Shown here one piece after another: positions 36,961 to 46,651 of a DNA stretch of 64,000 nucleotides. The translations under genes were made by a program, and so were the position numbers. The DNA comes from Patescibacteria group bacterium (GTDB lineage: Bacteria > Patescibacteriota > Patescibacteriia > 2-01-FULL-39-33). The DNA is taken from assembly GCA_041650895.1 (NCBI GenBank), contig JBAZKF010000001.1, positions 17,685 to 81,684 on the forward strand, read 5' to 3'. The stretch's first letter is position 1. Each line of letters opens with the position of its first letter. Below the pieces are notes generated by a model. That model ran no database searches. It was given only the letters and a program-made list of their open reading frames with translations, and was not told the origin of the DNA.

Positions 36961-37989
36961 TTAAGGCGCCAAGTTGATATCAAGGCCGTGCTCCGGATAG
37001 AGATATTGAAAGTTCAATCCGGCAGTCGGGATCCAAAAGCCGTCGTCGCTGATAATTCTATCCACTTCAACTCCCAGTCTTTCCTTTAGCAATTCGTCTA
37101 TGCCAGGCATTAACGATCCTTCGCCGGTTAGCCAGATTTGGCAGATTTTTCGGCTGTCACGCAAACCGTTGAAGTAGGCTATGGATCTGGAGATTTCTGA
37201 AACCAGATTACTCAATATTTTTTGGACGGCTGGTCCTGTACAACGCAAGGGAATCAAGCCCATTTTACCTTTTTCTGCCTCAGGATATGCTATCCCCAGC
37301 TCCTGGCTTAGGGCCGAAGTGATATCGGCGCCACCCAAACTGATTGAACGGAATAAGGGCGAACAGTGACCGCTTTGTGCATAAGGTTTTCCCAGGCATA
37401 AAACTTCGGTATGTTGGCAGCCAACATCAACAACAGCAAGGCCTGGTTGGATAAGTCCGTAACGATTCAGCCAATTGTAGGTAGCGATGGAGTTAACTCC
37501 CAGAAAATTGACCCTGTAGCCGGCGTCGTTTACCATTTTTATCTTTTGGAGAGCTACATCTCTCTTGACGGCGACGATAAGCACTTCATATCCGCCGTCA
37601 TCGTCCCGATCGAGGATATCAAAATCATAAATGATTTGATCAAGACTAAACGGAATTTGCTGCAGAAGTTCAAATTCAACAAATAGTCTTAACTTTGAGT
37701 TGGCCGCCAGAGCCGGAGAAAGATGGCGTACGCGGCTGAAAACCGCCGTACTAGGCAAAAGTGTGGCCACCCTTTTCCGTCTGTCAATGCCGCCAAAAAC
37801 AGTGTTTAATGCCTCGGCTGTTGCCCTATTTTGTTCTTCTTTATCCGCGGGGTTTTCAATGGTTATGCTACTGGAACGGTTATTCCACCCCTGACGCATT
37901 AAACGCACTGTTCCAGCACCGACATCAAGAAATAATTCACTCTGTCGATTAGCTCTTTTCTTTTTGAATTGTTTTTCCGTCTGACTCAT
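36961..37989 (-). CDS. pilM: type IV pilus assembly ATPase-fold protein PilM (actin/FtsA-like)
   Basis: ELFLDVGAGTVRLM N-terminal phosphate loop and LGGADITSALSQELGIAYPEAEKGK PilM signature. Confidence 0.6.
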   Translation of the reverse strand: MSQTEKQFKKKRANRQSELFLDVGAGTVRLMRQGWNNRSSSITIENPADKEEQNRATAEALNTVFGGIDRRKRVATLLPSTAVFSRVRHLSPALAANSKLRLFVEFELLQQIPFSLDQIIYDFDILDRDDDGGYEVLIVAVKRDVALQKIKMVNDAGYRVNFLGVNSIATYNWLNRYGLIQPGLAVVDVGCQHTEVLCLGKPYAQSGHCSPLFRSISLGGADITSALSQELGIAYPEAEKGKMGLIPLRCTGPAVQKILSNLVSEISRSIAYFNGLRDSRKICQIWLTGEGSLMPGIDELLKERLGVEVDRIISDDGFWIPTAGLNFQYLYPEHGLDINLAP

Positions 37990-38140
37990 GTCGCGTCCCT
38001 TTCTTTGGTTGGTGAGCCTATTAAGATTGTTAATGTACTTTTCTCACTATTTGATCCGTTTGTATTATAGCACTATTAATTAATTTGTCAATAGCGAGTG
38101 GCGGGGGTTTTAATCAGCCGATAAAAATAGATTTTCAAAT

Positions 38141-38176
38141 AAAAAACCGCATAATATTGAATTACGCGGTTTTTTA
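38141..38176. terminator. bidirectional intrinsic terminator after rpsI
   Basis: AAAAAACCGC-loop-GCGGTTTTTT. Confidence 0.5.
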
Positions 38177-38195
38177 TTATAACATTTAAGATATT

Positions 38196-38636
38196 TTAGC
38201 GTTTAGACCACTGCGGAGCGCGACGGGCGCGTTTCAAGCCAGGTTTTTTTCTTTCTTTGACTCTGGGATCGCGAGTCATTAATCCCTCGGCTTTCATAGC
38301 CGGTCGCAATTCCGGATTGAGTTGTTCCAATGCTCGGGCAATGCCGTGGCGGGAAGCCGCAGCTTGGCCATTTTTACCGCCGCCGGCTACATGGATGGAA
38401 ACAGTGGTATTCTTATCGTGGCCGGTCAGAACTAACGGCTTTAAGACGACATCTTGCAGGTCTTTGGTGGGAAAATAAACCTTATAATCAAGATTATTGA
38501 CTATGATTTCTCCTTTGCCCTTCAGATACAGGCGGACATTGGCGGAGGATGTTTTTCGGCCACCTCGGCCATAAAAAAACTTGCCTTCCGGCTTAACAAT
38601 CTCGACTTCTTTAATTTCTTTCTTTTTGGTAACCAT
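38196..38636 (-). CDS. rpsI: 30S ribosomal protein S9
   Basis: C-terminal GGGKNGQAAASRHGIARAL...RDPRVKERKKPGLKRARRAPQWSKR. Confidence 0.9.
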   Translation of the reverse strand: MVTKKKEIKEVEIVKPEGKFFYGRGGRKTSSANVRLYLKGKGEIIVNNLDYKVYFPTKDLQDVVLKPLVLTGHDKNTTVSIHVAGGGKNGQAAASRHGIARALEQLNPELRPAMKAEGLMTRDPRVKERKKPGLKRARRAPQWSKR

Positions 38637-38657
38637 AATATATTATTGCCAAAACAA

Positions 38658-39017
38658 TTAGTTAGTGGTTTTTAACCGCTTAATCATCTGATCGCGCAGT
38701 TTATTCTTGGGTAACATACCCCAAACGGCTCGTCTGAGGACTTCGCCGGCATTCTCTTTCATAACCACGCTGGCTTTTTTGATTCTTAATCCGCCGGGGT
38801 GGGTGGTATGCCATTTGTATTCTTTTTGATCCATTTTCTTTCCGGTTAACTTCAGTTTGGAACAATTAGCAACTTCAACGAAGTCGCCGGCATCAATATT
38901 CGGAACAAAGGTGGCTTTGTTTTTACCGCGTAAGATAATGGCGATGCGCGTGGCTAAGCGCCCGACCGGTTGGTCAGTGGCATCAAGCTGATGGGTTTTT
39001 CTTTCTATTTCCTTCAT
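38658..39017 (-). CDS. rplM: 50S ribosomal protein L13
   Basis: QPVGRLATRIAIILRGK, HPGGL, GMLPKN L13 motifs; start trimmed to the ATG at 39017 to avoid overlap with rplQ. Confidence 0.85.
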   Translation of the reverse strand: MKEIERKTHQLDATDQPVGRLATRIAIILRGKNKATFVPNIDAGDFVEVANCSKLKLTGKKMDQKEYKWHTTHPGGLRIKKASVVMKENAGEVLRRAVWGMLPKNKLRDQMIKRLKTTN

Positions 39018-39030
39018 AAAATAAGTTAAA

Positions 39031-39381
39031 TTAGACGAATTCAATAATAGCCACTTCCGCTCCGTCATTGACGCGCGGAGCCAATTTGACGATTCTGGTG
39101 TAGCCGCCTTTGCGGTCTTTATACTTCGGGCCCAAAACCTCAAACAACTTTTTGACCGCACCCTGAGTGTAAAGCACTCTTAAGGCCTCACGGCGATTGT
39201 GCAGGGTGTCGTTCTTGGCCAAGGTGATTAGTTTTTCCACTTTGGGGCGGGTTACTTGGGCTTTGGCTTTAGTGGTTTTGATTTTTTCATATACCACAAG
39301 AGAGGTAGCCAAGCTGCGTAACAATGCTTCTCTTGGCGCCTTTTCACGACCTAGTACTTTTCCTTTTCTGTTATGTCTCAT
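39031..39381 (-). CDS. rplQ: 50S ribosomal protein L17
   Basis: MRHNRKGKVLGREKAPREALLRSLATSL L17 N-terminus. Confidence 0.9.
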   Translation of the reverse strand: MRHNRKGKVLGREKAPREALLRSLATSLVVYEKIKTTKAKAQVTRPKVEKLITLAKNDTLHNRREALRVLYTQGAVKKLFEVLGPKYKDRKGGYTRIVKLAPRVNDGAEVAIIEFV

Positions 39382-39493
39382 AATATATTGGTCATAAAGT
39401 CTAATGGCCTATAAAGTCTAAAGTTTGTCAGGCCGGTTATATTTCTCCGGCTGTTAGTTTTACGGACTTTACGGATACTTGACTTTGTTCTGT

Positions 39494-40372
39494 TTATTCT
39501 TCGATTTTTTTGGGTCGGCCGCGCTTCTTGGGTTTAGGTTCTTCCCCGGTTTCTTCGCCGATTTTTTCTTCGGTCTCCTCAACGACTCCGGTGTTTTCTT
39601 CCAAAATCTCCTCCGCTTTTTCTTCAGCGGCGATTTCCGGCAGAATGATCGGCGCCTCAATATCAATTTCTTCCATTTCTCTGGCTCCGCCTTCCATAAT
39701 CCAGCTGAATTGATTGGTTAGGATTTCAGCCGCTTTTTTTACGGCGTCTTCCGGAGAGATGGTGCCGTCAGTTTCAATAGTCAAAATTAGTTTGTCATAA
39801 TCGGTGCGTTGGCCGACGCGAGTCGCCTCTACTTCTAAACCGACATTAATAACCGGAGTAAAAATAGAATCAGTCAAAATCGTGCCGATTTCTCCCTTGC
39901 CCTTACTCTGATCCTCTACTGGAACATAACCAATGCCTTTAGCTACGGTTAATTCCATTTCTATTTCGGCGTTTTCCGCGCTTAGCGAGGTAATGACGGC
40001 GTCTTTATTGACCACCTCAGCATCAATTGATTGCTGGATGTCGGCGCCGGTAACTTTCTTTTTTCCCTCGGCCTTAAGCTGCAGGGTAACCGGTTCATCG
40101 GAGTAGACTTTGAATCTCAGGGTTTTTAGGTTAAGAATGATCTCCAGGACATCCTCCGGTACATTTTCCATGGCCGAAAATTCGTGTTTGACACCCTTGA
40201 TTTTAACAGCGGTAACAGCGCCACCCGGTAAAGATGACAGGATGATTCGTCTTAGGGCATTGCCCAAAGTCAGACCGTAACCGGGAAAGCAGGGCTCGAT
40301 TACAATTTGAGCCGATTTGCCCGGAACTGATTCTTCAACGATGAATTTTTTAGGCAAAGGAATGTGTTTCAT
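39494..40372 (-). CDS. rpoA: DNA-directed RNA polymerase alpha subunit, N-terminal domain only, with acidic/AT-hook-like tail
   Basis: alpha-NTD dimerisation motifs (LGNALRRILLSSLPG); 292 aa; C-terminus is E-rich then KPKKRGRPKK and lacks the HhH alpha-CTD. Confidence 0.85.
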   Translation of the reverse strand: MKHIPLPKKFIVEESVPGKSAQIVIEPCFPGYGLTLGNALRRIILSSLPGGAVTAVKIKGVKHEFSAMENVPEDVLEIILNLKTLRFKVYSDEPVTLQLKAEGKKKVTGADIQQSIDAEVVNKDAVITSLSAENAEIEMELTVAKGIGYVPVEDQSKGKGEIGTILTDSIFTPVINVGLEVEATRVGQRTDYDKLILTIETDGTISPEDAVKKAAEILTNQFSWIMEGGAREMEEIDIEAPIILPEIAAEEKAEEILEENTGVVEETEEKIGEETGEEPKPKKRGRPKKIEE

Positions 40373-40443
40373 AATATTTCCTCCTTGGCTGCCGGAGCTT
40401 TAGCGCAGACAGCTCGTTAACTTAAAAGTAATTAAATTATTTA

Positions 40444-41082
40444 TTATTTGCTGTAGTACTCGACGATGGTTCGCCAGTCAATATTGACTGCAATATCTCC
40501 CAATTTAGGCTGGCTGGTAATCTTGCCTTCAATTTTTTCCGAGTCAATAGTCAGCCAAGCGGGGATATTAGTCAGTTTGCTTAATTTTTGTTTAATTTCT
40601 TTGTAGCCGGAGCTCTTTAAGATTTTGTCGGATAGAGTAATGATATCGCCGACTTTCATTTGATAAGAAGGGATATTGACTTTTTTGTTATTAACTCTGA
40701 CATTGCCGTGGCTGACTAATTGGCGGGCGGCGCGTCGGGAAGTGGCAAAGCCCAGGCGATAAACCGTATTGTCCAAGCGTCCTTCCAGAAATCTGAAGAG
40801 CCATTCGCCGGTGTTGCCGACTTTGCTTAATGATTTTTTGAAGTAAATCAAGAACTGCGCTTCATAAATTCCATACATGCGCTTAGCTTTCTGTTTTTCC
40901 ATCAATTGTTTGCCGAAATTGGTTTTTTTACCAACACGTTGCAATGGGCCGTGCATGCCGGGCGGAAAATTACGTTTCACCATGGGGCATTTGGCGGAAT
41001 TGCATTTTTCGCCTTTCAAAAATAATTTTTCACCGGCGCGGCGGCAAGATTTGCATTGGAGATTTCTAGTGAAGTTAGACAT
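40444..41082 (-). CDS. rpsD: 30S ribosomal protein S4
   Basis: CKSCRRAGEKLFLKGEKCNSAKC zinc ribbon, S4 RNA-binding domain; start at MSNFTRNL. Confidence 0.85.
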   Translation of the reverse strand: MSNFTRNLQCKSCRRAGEKLFLKGEKCNSAKCPMVKRNFPPGMHGPLQRVGKKTNFGKQLMEKQKAKRMYGIYEAQFLIYFKKSLSKVGNTGEWLFRFLEGRLDNTVYRLGFATSRRAARQLVSHGNVRVNNKKVNIPSYQMKVGDIITLSDKILKSSGYKEIKQKLSKLTNIPAWLTIDSEKIEGKITSQPKLGDIAVNIDWRTIVEYYSK

Positions 41083-41120
41083 AAGAGGATAAGAAATAAA
41101 GAAATAGGTATAAGATAAAA

Positions 41121-41597
41121 TTAAACGCGGCGAGGTCTGGGCGCGCGACAACCGTTATGAGGAATCGGAGTAATGTCTTTAATAGTGGAAACAATAAAGC
41201 CGTTAGCGTTAATGGCGCGAACTGCTGATTCGCGACCGCCGCCAATACCGCGAACAAATACCGAGACTTCTCTTAAGCCGTATTTTTTAACTTTTTCCGC
41301 AGCTGTTCTGACGATGATCGTCGCGGCGTAAGGAGTGGCCTTTTTAGGTCCTTTAAAACCGCATTGGCCGGCTGAACACCAGGACAACACATTGCCGTTT
41401 TGATCGGTAAAAGTGACAATAGTATTATTGTAGGTGGACTTAACATAAGCCCGGCCGCTGGATACCTGGCGGGCGGCTACGGTTTTTTTGACTTTCTTTT
41501 TCGACTTGTCGGCCGGTTTAGCGGCTACGGTGTCAGCGTTGGCTTCCACTGGAGCAGTCATAACGGTCGGTTCGTTTGTCAACAATTCTTCAGACAT
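41121..41597 (-). CDS. rpsK: 30S ribosomal protein S11 (with ~35-aa N-terminal extension)
   Basis: GRAYVKSTYNNTIVTFTDQNGNVLSWCSAG...PHNGCRAPRPRR. Confidence 0.85.
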   Translation of the reverse strand: MSEELLTNEPTVMTAPVEANADTVAAKPADKSKKKVKKTVAARQVSSGRAYVKSTYNNTIVTFTDQNGNVLSWCSAGQCGFKGPKKATPYAATIIVRTAAEKVKKYGLREVSVFVRGIGGGRESAVRAINANGFIVSTIKDITPIPHNGCRAPRPRRV

Positions 41598-41627
41598 AAT
41601 TATATTGGTATTTGGCTATTATATTGA

Positions 41628-42023
41628 TTAAGTTTTTTGGCTGGTATCTTTTCTGCCAGAACCCATGGTCTTTCGGACATTGCCTCGCACAGTGCGATTG
41701 TTGGTTTTGGTGCGTTGGCCGCGAGCCGGCAATCCTTTCATGTGGCGGATTCCTCGGTAGGCTTTGATTTCTTTCAAGCGTTTGATATTGCTCATGACTT
41801 CACGACGCAAATCGCCTTCAATACTAAAGCCGCCTTTTTCTACGGCTGTTCTTAAGGCGATTACTTGTTCTTCAGTCAAATCGTTAACTCTGGTGTCAGG
41901 ACTGATTTTGATGCTGGCCAGGATTTTGCTGGCGCGCGGTTTACCTACGCCAAAAATATAAGTTAAAGCGATTTCTACTCTTTTATTATTGGGGATGGTA
42001 ACTCCTGCGATTCTAACTGCCAT
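41628..42023 (-). CDS. rpsM: 30S ribosomal protein S13
   Basis: [27 protein letters not shown]. Confidence 0.9.
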   Translation of the reverse strand: MAVRIAGVTIPNNKRVEIALTYIFGVGKPRASKILASIKISPDTRVNDLTEEQVIALRTAVEKGGFSIEGDLRREVMSNIKRLKEIKAYRGIRHMKGLPARGQRTKTNNRTVRGNVRKTMGSGRKDTSQKT

Positions 42024-42068
42024 AATATTTTAGTTTATAAAGTTTATAAAGTCTGCTTGACTTGATTA

Positions 42069-42182
42069 TTACCCTTGGCGTTGCTTATGCTTGGGATTTT
42101 TACAAATAACAACCAGGCGCTTCTTGCGTCTGATAACTTGGCAATCCTTGCAGATTTTTTTAACTGAAGCTCTAACTTTCAT
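42069..42182 (-). CDS. rpmJ: 50S ribosomal protein L36
   Basis: 37 aa [37 protein letters not shown]; not in the ORF track (shorter than 60 aa). Confidence 0.8.
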   Translation of the reverse strand: MKVRASVKKICKDCQVIRRKKRLVVICKNPKHKQRQG

Positions 42183-42277
42183 AAAGATAAAAATTGAGAA
42201 ATAAGAAATTAAGGTAGGCAAAACTCACTCTTGGCTTTTAGCCATTAGCTGTATGCTGTATGCCATAAGCTACTGAA

Positions 42278-42517
42278 TTAATAACGATAAGTAATGCGTC
42301 CGCGAGTCAGATCATAAGGCGTCATTTGGATTTTGACTTTATCGCCGGGTAACAGGCGGATGTTAAACATTCGCATTTTGCCGGACAAATGAGCCAAGAT
42401 TTCATGGCCGTTCATTAACTTAACGCGGAAATTGGCTGACGGCAATGATTCCGTCACCTCGCCATCTAACTCCAAGAAATCCTTAGAGTCGGCGGCATTT
42501 TCTGGTTGTTGTGACAT
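42278..42517 (-). CDS. infA: translation initiation factor IF-1
   Basis: [22 protein letters not shown]...[13 protein letters not shown]; start at MSQQ. Confidence 0.85.
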   Translation of the reverse strand: MSQQPENAADSKDFLELDGEVTESLPSANFRVKLMNGHEILAHLSGKMRMFNIRLLPGDKVKIQMTPYDLTRGRITYRY

Positions 42518-42706
42518 TGTAAGGTTATTCTTTAATAACAAATTACTTTAATGATCCTTGTTTTAGCCTTTGATTGGTTAAAACAGTGAATAAAGCTAAA
42601 TTTTTTTCAGATAAAACAAAAACTCACGGCTCCCCTCTTTGCATCCAAAATCTGTCATACTTTTAAGGAAATTAAGCCAAATTTTGTCTTTTTCAAATCT
42701 GAGATA

Positions 42707-42734
42707 ATTATAGCAGATTGAGTATATTTGTCAA
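42707..42734 (-). promoter_or_regulatory. consensus sigma70 promoter for the infA-rpmJ-rpsM... operon
   Basis: on the minus strand, TTGACA-N16-TATAAT directly after an upstream terminator hairpin. Confidence 0.45.
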
Positions 42735-42812
42735 TACTTGCCGAATTTAATTTAATTTTATAGTAATTTCGGCTTATTGTCAAGAAAAACCCGCCGCCAA
42801 ATGGCAAACGGG

Positions 42813-43010
42813 TTAGGGTTTTGTCTTACCAGCCCCATTTTGCTCATTTAGCTTTCTTTTCAGGCCTTTGTTTTCTCGACGCAAACGTTCGTTATCATTA
42901 ATGATTTGCATCATGCCGTAAAGCAGGAAGCCAAAAAGCGCTAATACTAAAGTAAAAACGAAATAGTGTTGGCAAAATATTAAAAGAACTAAATAAGCTG
43001 ATTCTTTCAT
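42813..43010 (-). CDS. small membrane protein
   Basis: 65 aa, one TM helix; followed by a hairpin plus T-run terminator at about 42785-42812. Confidence 0.35.
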   Translation of the reverse strand: MKESAYLVLLIFCQHYFVFTLVLALFGFLLYGMMQIINDNERLRRENKGLKRKLNEQNGAGKTKP

Positions 43011-43084
43011 TATCCCCTCCTTTCACGATTATTGTTCCGCCGGGATGTCTATTTAGACAACGGCGGGTATTAGGATTTTTACAA

Positions 43085-44863
43085 TTAATCAAGAATTGCC
43101 TTGATGCGCCTGATGCCGGATGAAGATGCTTCCTCTTTGACAATTTTAAAATGTCCGATTTCTCCGGTATTTTTAGCGTGTGGTCCGCCACAGATTTCTT
43201 TGGAAAAGCATTGTTCAAAGGTGGCATCGCCGCCAATGCTGTAAACTTTGACGCGGTCGCCGTATTTGCTGTCAAAAATTCCCATGGCTTCACATTTGCG
43301 GGCTTTTTCAATGGACAACTCTTCACTGACAACGGGTAGATTCTTTTTTATTTGCTCATTGACTAGATTTTCTATTTGTTCCAGTTGTTCAGGCGTAACT
43401 TTTTCCGGATGCGAAAAATCAAACCGAATGCGTTCGGCGGTGATATTGGAACCGCGTTGAAAAACATGATCACCCAAGATTCGGCGCATGGCCGCCAGCA
43501 TTAAGTGGGTGGCAGTGTGCATACGCGCCGATAATTCGGAGTTGTCAGCCAGGCCACCCTTGAATTTTTTTTCCGCTCCTTGGCGCGAGGTCTGCTGATG
43601 TTTGGCAAATTCTCTTTGGTACTCTTCTTCGTCGATTGTTAATCCTTTCTCTTTGGCTAATTCCCGCGTCATCTCAATCGGAAAACCGTAAGTAGAAAAG
43701 AGCTGGAAAGCGTCTGTGCCGGAGATTTTTTTGTTTTCTATTTTTAACTTATCAAATTTTTTTAAGCCGTTCTCTAAAGTAGTATTGAACTTTTCTTCTT
43801 CTTTATTGAGCTCATCAATGATTTGATCGCGCTTCTCTCGCAGTTCCTTGTAGAAACCGCCTTGCAGTTCAATCACTGCTTCGGCTACTTGGTAAGTGAA
43901 GGGAGAGTTGACGCCCAGTTCGACTCCAAACCGAATGGCTCGGCGCAATAAACGACGTAAGACATAACCTTGCTCTACATTAGACGGAACTACGCCGTCA
44001 GCCAAAAGAAAGGTGGCGGCGCGCAAATGGTCGGCGATAATTCTGACCGGTTTTAATTCTTCCGGTCCTAATTCAGCAGGCAAGAGGCCGCATAAGGCGC
44101 AGACCTGGGCGACAATACTATAAAGCGGGTCAATGTCATAAGCACTGGATTTGCCGTCCAAAGTGGCCACGGTGCGTTCCACACCCATGCCGGTGTCCAC
44201 GTTTTTCTGTGTCAGCTCGTCATATTTGCCGTCGGCTGTCTTGTTATAAACCATGAATACGTTATTCCAGATTTCCACCCAGTGTTTGTCGCTCGGATCA
44301 AATTCCGCCGGTGCCGGCTCTTCGCCGGACCAATAAAACATTTCCGTATCCGGGCCACATGGGCCGGTCTGGCCGGCCGGGCCCCACCAATTGTCGGCTT
44401 TGGGCAGGTAAGCGATGCGCGCCGGTTGAACCCCCAGTTCCTGCCAGAGAGCGAATGATTCTCTGTCTTGTGGCGCATCATCATCACCGGCAAAACAAGT
44501 AAAAGCCAGTTTGTCCAAAGAAATTCCTAATTCCTTGGTTAAAAAATTAAAACTTAAAGTGATAGCCTCTTTTTTGCCATAATCGCCCAATGACCAATTG
44601 CCCAACATTTCAAATAAGGTCAGATGCCAAGCATCGCCGACATCGTCAATATCGCCGGTACGAATGCATTTTTGGACATTGACTAACCGTTTGCCGCAGG
44701 GATGTTTTTCACCTAATAAGTATGGTACTAAGGGGTGCATGCCGGCAGTAGTGAATAGGGCGGTTGGATCATTCTCCGGCACTAACGGCGCGCCGGGAAT
44801 AATGGCGTGGCCGTTCTTTTCAAAATACTCAAGAAATTTTGTTTTGAGATCTTTGGCAGTCAT
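43085..44863 (-). CDS. alaS: alanine--tRNA ligase, short form (catalytic plus editing domains, no C-Ala domain)
   Basis: FTTAGMHPLVPY class II motifs; editing-domain HxxxH (HTATH) and CGGPH; only 592 aa. Confidence 0.85.
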   Translation of the reverse strand: MTAKDLKTKFLEYFEKNGHAIIPGAPLVPENDPTALFTTAGMHPLVPYLLGEKHPCGKRLVNVQKCIRTGDIDDVGDAWHLTLFEMLGNWSLGDYGKKEAITLSFNFLTKELGISLDKLAFTCFAGDDDAPQDRESFALWQELGVQPARIAYLPKADNWWGPAGQTGPCGPDTEMFYWSGEEPAPAEFDPSDKHWVEIWNNVFMVYNKTADGKYDELTQKNVDTGMGVERTVATLDGKSSAYDIDPLYSIVAQVCALCGLLPAELGPEELKPVRIIADHLRAATFLLADGVVPSNVEQGYVLRRLLRRAIRFGVELGVNSPFTYQVAEAVIELQGGFYKELREKRDQIIDELNKEEEKFNTTLENGLKKFDKLKIENKKISGTDAFQLFSTYGFPIEMTRELAKEKGLTIDEEEYQREFAKHQQTSRQGAEKKFKGGLADNSELSARMHTATHLMLAAMRRILGDHVFQRGSNITAERIRFDFSHPEKVTPEQLEQIENLVNEQIKKNLPVVSEELSIEKARKCEAMGIFDSKYGDRVKVYSIGGDATFEQCFSKEICGGPHAKNTGEIGHFKIVKEEASSSGIRRIKAILD

Positions 44864-45094
44864 AGTTCGATGCGTGGCTTATGGCGTATAGTTAATGACC
44901 AAAACCTTGATTAATTTAGTTTATTGGAAGTCCTTTAAATACTCCGTCCGCTTGGCGGCGGGATCAACTTCATATATGAAATGATAACAAAATCAGCTGA
45001 TTTTGGCAAATTTAAACTAATTAAAATGTGGTTGAATAAATTGCGTAAAATGAAAACGCCCGGCGGATGTATACCGCGCGGGCGTTAAAGTGCG

Positions 45095-45880
45095 TTATAC
45101 AGTCGGTTTAGTCGGCTCCGGGGTGGCCAGTCCCCTCTTGATGAGCTTCGTTGCTTCCTCAGTATTCAGTGACCCGAAAAAAGCATAATTCATCTCCTTT
45201 AAAATTACCAAGCTTAGTATTTCTGTTCCAGCCAGGTAATCGAATTGCTCACGGACGCGACTTGATAAGTCCCCGATATTAACAGAGGTAAAAACCTTGC
45301 TGTGGTCGCTGCAACGAAAACATCTCTTTATCGCATTGCTTAATCGACCGCGATATTTTTCATCAAGCAGATGTTTCGATATTCCTTGTGCGTTATTCAC
45401 TAAGTGAACAAGAATGTCGTCCAGGCCATCATTAAAATCCTGGGGTATTCGACGGTCCCATGATCCTGCCAATTCCAATAAAGATAAAATAAGACCAAGC
45501 TTGAATTCATCACTGCAGTAAAAATAATTCTGGCATAGGGCCTCCATCCACTTCTTAATCGTAAGGCCGTTTATGTTGTTTTGACTATCTAAAACATGTT
45601 TAGTCACTATGTTGATAATACGGCAGGTATCGTCTATCCCATGGTCACATGATTTTATTGTGCCATCAATACTTCTGACGATTTTCTTAAAATCTAGTTT
45701 ACCGCCATGAAGGAGTATTATTATTTTCGATACCTCGCCATCTATCGCTTGGAGTCCCTTACATAGGACTTTCACCAGACAACCCAATGCTTCCGGAGTT
45801 GCCATTCCTAAACAATCGATCAGGTTCAGGGTTGGGTCTGTGCCGGCAACCGCCGTTGATTGCGAATCTTCATTAGCCAT
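45095..45880 (-). CDS. hypothetical protein
   Basis: 261-aa ORF, Cys-containing, no motif recognised. Confidence 0.45.
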   Translation of the reverse strand: MANEDSQSTAVAGTDPTLNLIDCLGMATPEALGCLVKVLCKGLQAIDGEVSKIIILLHGGKLDFKKIVRSIDGTIKSCDHGIDDTCRIINIVTKHVLDSQNNINGLTIKKWMEALCQNYFYCSDEFKLGLILSLLELAGSWDRRIPQDFNDGLDDILVHLVNNAQGISKHLLDEKYRGRLSNAIKRCFRCSDHSKVFTSVNIGDLSSRVREQFDYLAGTEILSLVILKEMNYAFFGSLNTEEATKLIKRGLATPEPTKPTV

Positions 45881-46102
45881 GATGCGTTCCTTCCTGGCCT
45901 ATCGGCCATCTTCTTCTTTCAAAGAACATTCTCCCTCTCAGGAGATGAATACGGAACATCCGTATATCTGATCTATGATAGCATAATTTTATAGATAAGT
46001 CAAGTTGCTGTTTGAAGATTAAATAATTTTATCTAATTTTAAATAAAAAGCACCGATTAATCGGTGCTAAAAAGTGCTGTTAACATTGACCATAGGCGGT
46101 CG

Positions 46103-46621
46103 TCAGAATTTGTCAATTAATTCTTCAACTCTTTTATGATCCAGTTCTTTTTGTCGGTTTTTGGCCTCGGCCACCTCTGTTTCTGTGGCCGGATAAAAGT
46201 CGTAGCTGGCCTGGCACCATCCTCCTGTTTCAGCTAATTGGAGACAGAGAGAGTTCAAATAGCGTAAATAATAACTCGGCCATTTACCTGTTAATCGCAC
46301 TAAATCAAATCCGGTCGGGTCCAGTGGTTTTTTTGCTTGTTCATCATTATGGGTAGTCTGGAAATAATATTCCCCCGCTTTAATGTCTTTCACCGGCAAG
46401 CGCAATCGTGATTTTTCCTCTTTGGCCAGGCGTTTTAAGGCTGCTTGATATTTCTTATAGCCGGGAAAATAATCCCTGACTTTTTGGACTGCCCCGCTAA
46501 CGCTGTTGCAGGTTTGTTCCATTACTGTGTCGCAATCTTTGCAACCGAACCAGTTTAAACCGCTATGGCGGTATAATTTAGGCAGGAGATCCATTGGCTT
46601 GCCGCATTTCGGACAGAGCAT
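46103..46621 (-). CDS. hypothetical protein with N-terminal zinc ribbon
   Basis: MLCPKCGKPM...GCKDCD. Confidence 0.45.
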   Translation of the reverse strand: MLCPKCGKPMDLLPKLYRHSGLNWFGCKDCDTVMEQTCNSVSGAVQKVRDYFPGYKKYQAALKRLAKEEKSRLRLPVKDIKAGEYYFQTTHNDEQAKKPLDPTGFDLVRLTGKWPSYYLRYLNSLCLQLAETGGWCQASYDFYPATETEVAEAKNRQKELDHKRVEELIDKF

Positions 46622-46651
46622 GATTCTTTCCTCCCTTGTCTTGTTGTTGTT

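Noticed and set aside
36961-37989. FtsA call for the actin-like ATPase
   Set aside because: Size (342 aa) and the LGGADITSALSQELGI…EAE signature fit PilM better than FtsA (~410-440 aa with an additional 1C domain); kept as PilM at moderate confidence.
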